DNA of 64,000 nt from Christensenella sp. UBA7862 (GTDB lineage: Bacteria; Bacillota; Clostridia; Christensenellales; UBA1242). The stretch spans positions 16,629 through 80,628 of the forward strand of contig DLSM01000001.1 of the NCBI GenBank assembly GCA_002500135.1. Direction: 5' to 3'. The notes beneath the pieces are model-generated. The model ran no database searches and was not told the origin of the DNA. It saw only the letters and a program-made list of their open reading frames with translations. The stretch's first letter is position 1, and every line of letters begins with the position of its first letter. Of this stretch, positions 31,701 to 40,700 are shown piece after piece. Made by a program: the position numbers and the translations under genes.

Positions 31701-34700
31701 AAGTCACTTACTGGTCTGAAAGTTGGGATAACCAAAGCATGGAATTCTATGGCAACTTGGACGGTGCTATTGACATGGACGGAAATAACACAACTCAAGT
31801 CGTCAATATGTACTCAACAAACGGTCTTGTCCGTGCAATCGTTGCTCATGATAACCAAGCAACAATTAAAGTGAAGAAAACTGGCAGCGACTCAGAGGAA
31901 GACTATAATGTTGCAACTGTTGTTCAAAACATTACATTTGCAAATAGTTACTCAAAAACTGGTCTTGTCGCAGGCGTCCTTGATGATGAGAATGCAATAA
32001 TTAGTAACATTGGTGTTGTAAGTGAAAACCATGTCTTCAACGGCAACTTGGCAAACTTGTTTAAAGCAAATGTTGCTAAAATTAACGGCAACAACTTCAC
32101 AGAAGTTAAGGAAACAGAAGAAAGCACAGGAAAGGTTATTCGTCAATATTACAAACTGGATGACGCTACTGTTGCGAAACTTAAAAATGACCTCGGCAGA
32201 GATTTCGGCTCGCTTACAATAGACAAGAATACTTTTGAAAAGAAAAAGAGCGATGCAAAGAATAAAAACAACAATGATATGTCAATTTGGGTTGTCAACA
32301 CACAATTCTTCGCAGCATTCTTCATTTCGGAAGTCAAAACAGAAACCGTTGGGGCAAATTTCACATTGGAAGAAAGTGGCGAAAGCAAAGTTGGAACATG
32401 GACAATAGTTCAAGGCATTGACTTAAACGACCTTCCAAAAGACGACCTCTTGGCGTATGAAGGGGTTTCAAGAAGTGGCGGCGAAGCGCTTCCAAGCATT
32501 ATTACAAACAGAATAACAAACGTGACAGTCAAAGCCAAGTTTATAAACGGCGAATCAAATTATTATCTCGACCCAAAAAACAACTTGTACTCCGATATCC
32601 CAGCATTTGCAGGCGGATACATTGGCTTGATGCAAAAGGGAACAATATCAGGCATATTCTCGAATAAAGACAGCAACTTGTCCGTTGGGGCATATGATGA
32701 AACATCAGACTCTACAAGTTATTCTGGCGGTATCGTTGGCATAATGACTGGCGGTAGCATTAAGTTTAAGGAAGAAAACGGCGGCAGAGGCGTTTTAAGA
32801 AACGTCACAGTTGGTGGCGGAATGAGCATAAATCAAGTCGTTCAACCAAGGTCATACTCTGGCGGCGTTGTGGGACTTTTGGAATGTGAACTTTCAAATA
32901 TAGAAATTCAAGAAGGTAGCAACGTGAAAGTTTATGGCATATATGGTGCGGGTGGCATTGCTGGTGCTGTGTATGGTGGAAAAATTACAAATTGCGTCGT
33001 AGCAGGTGAAAATGTTGTCGGAATCGCTTCAAGAAACTTTGTTTCAACAAATGATAAAACCTACGAACAATTCCTTCCAGCATTCAAAGACACAAGAATG
33101 ACCCAATATGGCGAAATGACAAGTTTGAAAAAAGACTCTGCTGGAAAACCAGACATGAACCTTATCTCAATGAGTGACGTTCTTGCAAGCACTGTCAACT
33201 TAGGCGGCATTGTAGGCTTTGCAAAAGCAACCGCTGGTGCTACCATAATTGAAAACTGTGTGTTTGGTAGAGTTAGTAGTGATGGAAAATCAGCAGTTCA
33301 AGGCTCAGCAAAACTTTCCTATGAAATCAAATATCTTGCAGGCTACTATTCAATTATGGTCGGCGGCATTGTCGGAAATGTTGTCGAAGCAAACGGCGCA
33401 CATGTCAATATCTCAGACTGCACCTACGCAGGCAACATCGACATGAAGAGTTCGCAAACAATTCTCGCAGGCGGCATAGTCGGCTCCATGAACGGCGGCA
33501 CAATCACCAGTTGCAAGGCGTTGCAAGAGGCAAGAGTAGAAACAGATATCATTTGGGATTTGCTAAACCCATGGATTGTCCCAGAAGATGTTGCTCTTGA
33601 CGCTAGCAAAGAGAAGTACGTAACAAGAAAAGATACATGGGAAAAACTTAAAGAGTATTACAAAAAAGCGAAAAATGAATTTGCTTCTGATGAAAACCTT
33701 ACATTCAAAAAAGCGATTGACATAATCTACAGTTATGTGCAAGATACAACTGGCACCATAAACGATGCATTGGATGATAACAAAGCCTTGAACATTAAGA
33801 GAAGTCTTACATTCGTTATTGATGGATATTCAGTTTCTGGCGGTATTGTTGGAAGAATTGTTAAAGGTGACATTGGAAATGCCAACGCAGACAATGTTAC
33901 TAACGCAGCATTTATCTCTGCAGCAACAAGAGCGGGTGGTATCGTTGGTGAGGCAACAAGCAGTGGTTCGGTCATTGTCATAATCAATGCCAAAAACACT
34001 GGTGCGGTGAAAGCAAACGGAAAACTTAAAATTTACACCAGCATGTCTATAGGGGCAGGTATTTCATTGAATGTTAAAAGCGATATCGAAGGCAAAATTA
34101 GAGGTGAAAGCGAAAATATTATAACTGGCGACAAAGGGTACTTTGGCGAAGCTACTGGGACTGACGCAGATGGGAATAAGAACCAAACTAAAAGCGGACA
34201 AGCGTTGATGGGACTAAGAAAAATTATTTTAGGTATCCTTACAAAGAAGATGGAGGATAAGTCTGCAGAATCTTTCTCAATTGGTGGCTCATTCAGCGAA
34301 GAAGCTGGTGCAAGCGCTCTATTGGAATTGGCATTGACTGCTTCGACAGTCCTTGAAGACGGTGCAGCGGGCGGTATTGTTGGTGCTATTGAATGTACTG
34401 GCATAAGTCAAAGTAATGCTGATGTTATAATTGAAAAATGTAACAGCGAAGTTAAACTTAATCAAACATCTGGTGAAGAATTTAAGGTTAATTCAATCGG
34501 TGGAATGTTCACAGAGTTCTCTGGTGGCATTGCTGGACTTGCAGTTGCAACAACAAGTTCAAATAATATTGTTATCAGAAATTGTTCAAGCAACTCTCTT
34601 GTTCGTGGCTACATGATAAGGTCCTTTGCAGGCGGCATTGTTGGTTACATGCAAAAAGCAAGAGTGGAAGATTGCGTAAACTACTCTGACGGCGTGGGAG

Positions 34701-37700
34701 CATTATTCTCGTCAATAGGAAATGGCGACCTTTGGAACGATTTTAAAGGAACAATTGGAAACATCTTTAACCCTGCATTCTATTTAAGTTTCCCTAATGT
34801 TGCGGGTGGAATTGTTGGTTATCTTAATGACGGACGTGTTATCAACTGCTCCTCAGGAAAAACTTTCATATCAGGTGCAACTAACTATAGTTTCGTTATG
34901 GGACTTAGAGTTACAGGCGGCATTGTTGGCGTTATGGACGGCGGAAGCATTGAGGCAAACTGGAAGAAAGATGAAAACGGCAAACTTTCTGGCGGATTTA
35001 CTTTCAACAGTGGCACAGTGTGGGCTTTAACTGGTATTGCAGGCGGCATTGTTGGTGTTCTTAATAATGGCAAAATTCAAAGCCTTGGCAGCAACGTTGA
35101 CTCAAATTCAATTATGAAACTTCTTGTTAAAATTGTTACAGAAATGAGCGAAAATAATGGTGAAATGCCAGACCTATCTACATATGCACTTAACGGCAAC
35201 GGGTTTGTCATCACTTCTCTAACCAGTATTGTTATTGGTTCAATAAGTGGTGGCTGTATCGGTTATCTTAGTGGGGTAAGTCCTGCTGGAACTGACACTG
35301 CAAAACTTAGTGGAATGATTAACCTAGGTTATGTTTTCCCAAACCTTGCAGCATTCCTCTATGCTCCAAAAGTTTCTGGTGCTCTTACAACTTTAAGTGG
35401 CACTACAATTTCACAATCTGTTGAAGATATTGGAGATGATATTCAGTCCCTTATTGACGGAAAATTTACAGGACCAATTAACAAAGCACTTGACAAGAGT
35501 CCAAAGAAATATGCACACAGATTTACAGTTGATGTTATGATTGATGATGACCCAACATCTCTTATTGATATCCAACTTGGCGGTCAATTTGGACTTGGTT
35601 TCTCATTCAATTCAGCCCTCTTTAAACCAATCTTAAGCCTTCTTGGCGATGTTGGCTTTGACGGAGGAATTCCAGTTTCAACATATATCAATGGTGTTGT
35701 TGTAAATCAGTACAACTATACAATTAAGTCAAAATCAACCAATTATTCAAGTTCAGACTCCATTGACTCAAGACTTAATTACTTAGATACAATTGTTGCG
35801 TTTACAGACGAAGACTTGGCGGCAATTAAAGAAGAAAATGAAACAGGTACAGACGTAGGCAAACTTGGCGGCGGCGCAAGCGGCGGCATTGTGGGAATGG
35901 TTAGAACAAGTCAACCAATTACATTCTCTTTGTGCTTGTCATTTGGCATAAAACTTGCTGGCGTAAACCCAGGTGAACCATGGACAACAATTCTTAGTGC
36001 ATTCCAATCGGGTGTCATTGCGTCATCTGGTTCTGCTGGTGGTATTATTGGTGCAGTTATTAACCAGCAGTTTGGTTCAGAAAAGTTCAAATCAAATGGA
36101 AAAGATGTAAATGGCAAAGATGTGAGTTATGAACATGATCTGAAGAAAGCCGTTTCAAGCGAAGGCAATATCATAGTTACTCTTTCAAGCAACTTTGCAA
36201 CAGTTATGGGCGATGAGAATGCAGGCGGTATCATAGGTTATGCAAGCAAATGTGCAAAGATTGTATCATTTAATGAAAAAGAACCACTTTATGGTATTGT
36301 TGCAAACTACGGGTCAATTTCTGGCTCCTATGCGGCGGGCGGACTTATTGGTCTTGCTGACGGTGCAAGTGTAAACGACAATCACGTAGAGGCGGCATTG
36401 TCCTCGCATGAAATTTCTATCAGGACAACATGGGACGGTCAAACTAAATGGGAAAGCCCATCAATCACAACTCCAGACCTAAGTAACTGGGCAATATTCC
36501 GTGCAACCAACTCCGGTCAAGTTGCTCATGCCAAGTACTCCGGCGGCGGCATTGGCAAGATGTCAAAAGGCAGCCAGATGTATATGACAACCGTGGCGGG
36601 CAGTGCATTTGCATATCTCACAAACCCAGTCGGCTTCTTGCTCGGTGGACAGATTACAATTTCTTCTCCTCAATTTGCCGGTGGTCTTGCTGGAACGGTT
36701 AAGGAAGGAGCAATGATTTCTGGCTCTTGTGCAGTCGGAACGGACTCAAAGGAAACTTCAAGTTTCTTCAGCCCAGCAATAACAATATTCGCTGGAAAAT
36801 GTGATGAGCCTAATGGCACAAATGCGACTCAATCTATTACTTCAAACAACCCAATAGTTGGTGACGGTGAAACCTCTGGTGGCGAAAGTGGTGGCTCAAC
36901 TGGCGGTGAAAGTGGAAGTTCAGAACCAACAATTTCAGAACCAGCCTCAGGTGAAGAAGTGGTAACAACAAACGGTTATGCTGGTGGTGCAGTTGGTGTC
37001 TATGGGGGCGGCAACATTGGTGGCATAACTGGCGTAAGAACCAACACAAATGTTAAGAGTGTTGTTATTGCAAATTGCGTCAACGTGGGCGGCTTTACAA
37101 GAAGTTACAATCTTCTTGGCAAAACAGTTGAATATGAAGTCCTAAAATCTGCCTATGTCGGCGGTGCAATCGGTTATCTTACAAGTCCTATTAAAGACGT
37201 AGAAGCAAATCTTGAAGTAGGCGACAAAACAGTGACGAAGATTTACTCTAGAGTAAATGTTGACGTCAGAAGCCAATCAATTCAAAACGGTATGATTGCA
37301 ACAGGCGGATATATCGGTTGTGTGGAATTTGATAGTTCGATAACAGACACAGATAAGAGAACCTTGTCACTCAACTTCATCTTTGGCAGCGGCACAAATG
37401 GTAAAAACGTAAAAGTTACTGCAGGCAAAGGTGGAGCAGCGGGCGGTGTTATTGGTGAACTTAACAATGCGATTCTGAAAAATGTTGTTTCTCAAGCACA
37501 AGTCATTCCAAAAGAAGATTCTGTTGTGGGTGGCATTGTCGGCAGAATGGTAGGCAATTCACAAATTTCAGATTGCTACGTGCTACAAATTGCAGAAACA
37601 TCTTCATCAGTCTGGACTTATTACGGTTATGAGGGGAGTGGCGTGGATCTTGGTGAGTATAAACTCCAAGATGCTAAAAAACTTCGTGGCGATTCAGCGT

Positions 37701-40700
37701 TGTTTGAGAAGGTTAATGCTAATATTAACGAATGGGTGAATGGATCACATAAAGTTAATGTTGGTGGAGAAAACACCGCAGTAGAAAATAAGGTCGTTCA
37801 CACAAGCAAGGCGTTTGTTAAAAAACTTGCTACAGCATTAAGCAGTTATTCTTCAAACGGAAATTTCGGTGTCGGCACGGCTTCTGATTCAAATGGCACA
37901 TATTATGTCCTAACAAAATCTTACGATGTAGTCACTTCAAAAGACCCAGTTTACGATGTTGAATTTGGCGTAATGGAGAAAGGACAAGTCGAAGAAAAAG
38001 ATGAGAACGGCAATGCAACTGGCAAATACGAAGAAGGAGATGTCTTCGTTCCAAGATCAGTTAAGTTCAGTGTTGAATCAACCTTTGAAGTTGTTGATAC
38101 TCAACTTGTTGGTGACGCAAATGGTTCTATTATCAGCGGTGCAATCGCTGGTGGTGCTGTTGGAAGTCTTGAGGATACCAGTGTAATTGCAACAAACGTG
38201 TATGTTGACACAACAGTGTCACAAGCAGAAGCGGTTGGTGGACTTGTAGGTGTAGCCAAAGGCGGCACGATTGGTCAAGCAACCAAAGATTCAGACACAG
38301 ATCCATTTATTGTTGGTGGAACAATAGCAAATTCCACTTATGGTGGCGGACTTGCTGGCAAAATTGACGGTGGCGTTACAATTAACAAAGCACTTATTAG
38401 ACAAATTAAGCCAATAAAAGGCGAAGTTCAAGGTACTGGTGGATTGATAGTTCGTGGCAAAGGCGGCAAGGACATTATGGGCGCTGGTGCTTATGCAGGC
38501 ATCATGCTAAGCGGCTCACTCAGTGCAGCAACTCAAAATGCAGTTACTATTGTTGAGTCTTATGACGGCGAATTCAATGTAGGCGGCACTTATCAAACTG
38601 AAATATACGGCAAGAAAATCGTTGGCGGTGCAGTTGCATGGCTTGCTGGCGGAAGTATTGAAGGTTGCTCATTTGCAAACGGCGGAACTTCCTATAATGA
38701 GGCAACGACAATTTCAGTTGGGGGAAACTCAGTTGTAACCGGAGGAAATTATAAGATTTACAACAATGGCTATGACGAAAATGTAAATTCTCTTGACGAC
38801 ATGATAAAACATGCTCACGAAGTTGCGGCAGGTGGCTTGGTCGGAAAGATGACCGGCGGAAGCCTTGTAGGCGGCACAGCTCCAGACATCTCGGGTATAA
38901 ACGTCGGCGGACTGGTAGGCTATCTTGGAAAAGATAGAGATAGTAACGGCACAGACAAAGGTTACACTCGTGCGCCAAATTCTGGCGAAACTGGTGGACA
39001 ATTCGGCATTGTGTATGACGATAACAAAGAACCAGAAATCGGAGATGCAAAAGGCGAAGCCACCCCAACAGGCGGCAATGTCAGACTTACGGGCAAAGGC
39101 TTTGCAGGTGCATATGTTGGTGTGATGAACGGTGGTGTTATTAACAGTGTTAAGTCTGCTGACGGCTCAAAGGTTACGGCAGAAAAGACTGGAAACTCCT
39201 TTGAAAATACAGAAACATATCTTGGTGGGGCAATAGGTGCAATCGTTGGCGTAACATCTGATGTTAAGAGCGGCAACTTCCAAGCAAACGTTGTAGAAGG
39301 TGGAGAATTTGCTGGCGGTCTTGCTGGGTATTTTTCAGCAAATGCATCGTGGGAACTAACTGGGACATTTGGTTTAGAGAAAATATCAGGTGCATGTTAT
39401 GTGGGCGGTCGTTTTGGACGTGTAGATGAGGGAATATTCGATACAGTCAACTTAACTTTGTCAACAGCAAAAATGCCTTCCCAAGTTGAGGGCGAAACAC
39501 TTCAAGGAGAATATGTCGGTGGAATTATAGGTTACATTGGTGGAGACGATAAAAAGACAGTTGAATTTGGATCAGAAAGCGGAATGACTATTTCTTCACA
39601 TCTTAAAATGAAGGCAACAGTTGCGGCTGGCATTATTGTGGGTGCCATTGGACAAAACGCACAAGTTAAACTTAATAGTTGTGAGTTCTCACTCAGTGTT
39701 GACATGGAAAGTTCTGGTGATGTAAGTGCCGAATATTTCGGTGGATTTGCGGGCATGGTTGAAGGTGGTGCTAAACTTGGTTCTGCAAGCGACACAGAAA
39801 AAGCAAAAGTTAAAACCAAAATCTTGACCTATGCAAAAAGAACCGCAGATGGCAAAACAGAACAAAGCAAACCAGAAATTCATGACTCATTTGGTGGTGT
39901 TGTGGGCTTAGTTGAAAGTGGTGCATACATGTTTAATATAATTGCAATGAACTTTGATGAAGCATATAACGAAGAGAAAATTAACTATAACTTTGGTGGC
40001 ATCGCTGGCATAAACAAAGGAACCATTGGACAATGCGAAAGCCAAATTTCAACTGAGGGCAAGGGTATTGAGCTTACAAAGACAGGACTTTCTGTTGGCG
40101 GAATTGTGGCAGTAAATGAAGGCGGTGCTGTTATAGATGTCAAGAATATTGCTCAGTTTGGAGTCTTAAATGAATCAAATCCTGTCTTCTTTGGTGGTTT
40201 GGTTGGAACAATGAAGGGTGGTGCGATTGTAAACTCCGAAAATAATGGCGAACTTACTGGACTTGGCAAAGAAATCTATGTTGGCGGTCTTGTGGGTTAT
40301 GCTGCAACTGCTGATGCTAGCAAAAATGAAATTGTTGGTTCAAAAAACACTGCAGCAATCAACGCTCAATATGACATGAACGCCAAAACAAGCGATTCAT
40401 CTTCAAGCGAAACAGGTGGAACCTCAAGCGGCACAGCAACAAGCAATGGCAACAATCCTTCAAAAGAAAAACCAACCTGGGAAACTAATAACATTTCTTC
40501 AACTATCTCAGGTAACAATGTGAGTGCTATTCAATCTGCACTTGATGAAATTTACAAAGGTGCAATAGGTGGCTTGATCGGAAAGGCAACATCAGCCTAT
40601 ATTGACGAAAACAGCAGCAGCACAACCGATATAAACGGCTATGCTTACTACAAGCAAAATGCTGAAAAAGATAAAGACAAATCTTTTGATGATGACAAGG

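Noticed and set aside
35203-35275. A 22-residue hydrophobic stretch (FVITSLTSIVIGSISGGCIGYL) deep inside giant protein 1 looked like a transmembrane helix.
   Set aside because: It contains the GG-x-IG-Y pattern of the surrounding GLUG-like repeats and is Gly/Ser-rich. It is more likely a buried beta-solenoid rung than a membrane span. A single internal TM would also be topologically inconsistent with the rest.
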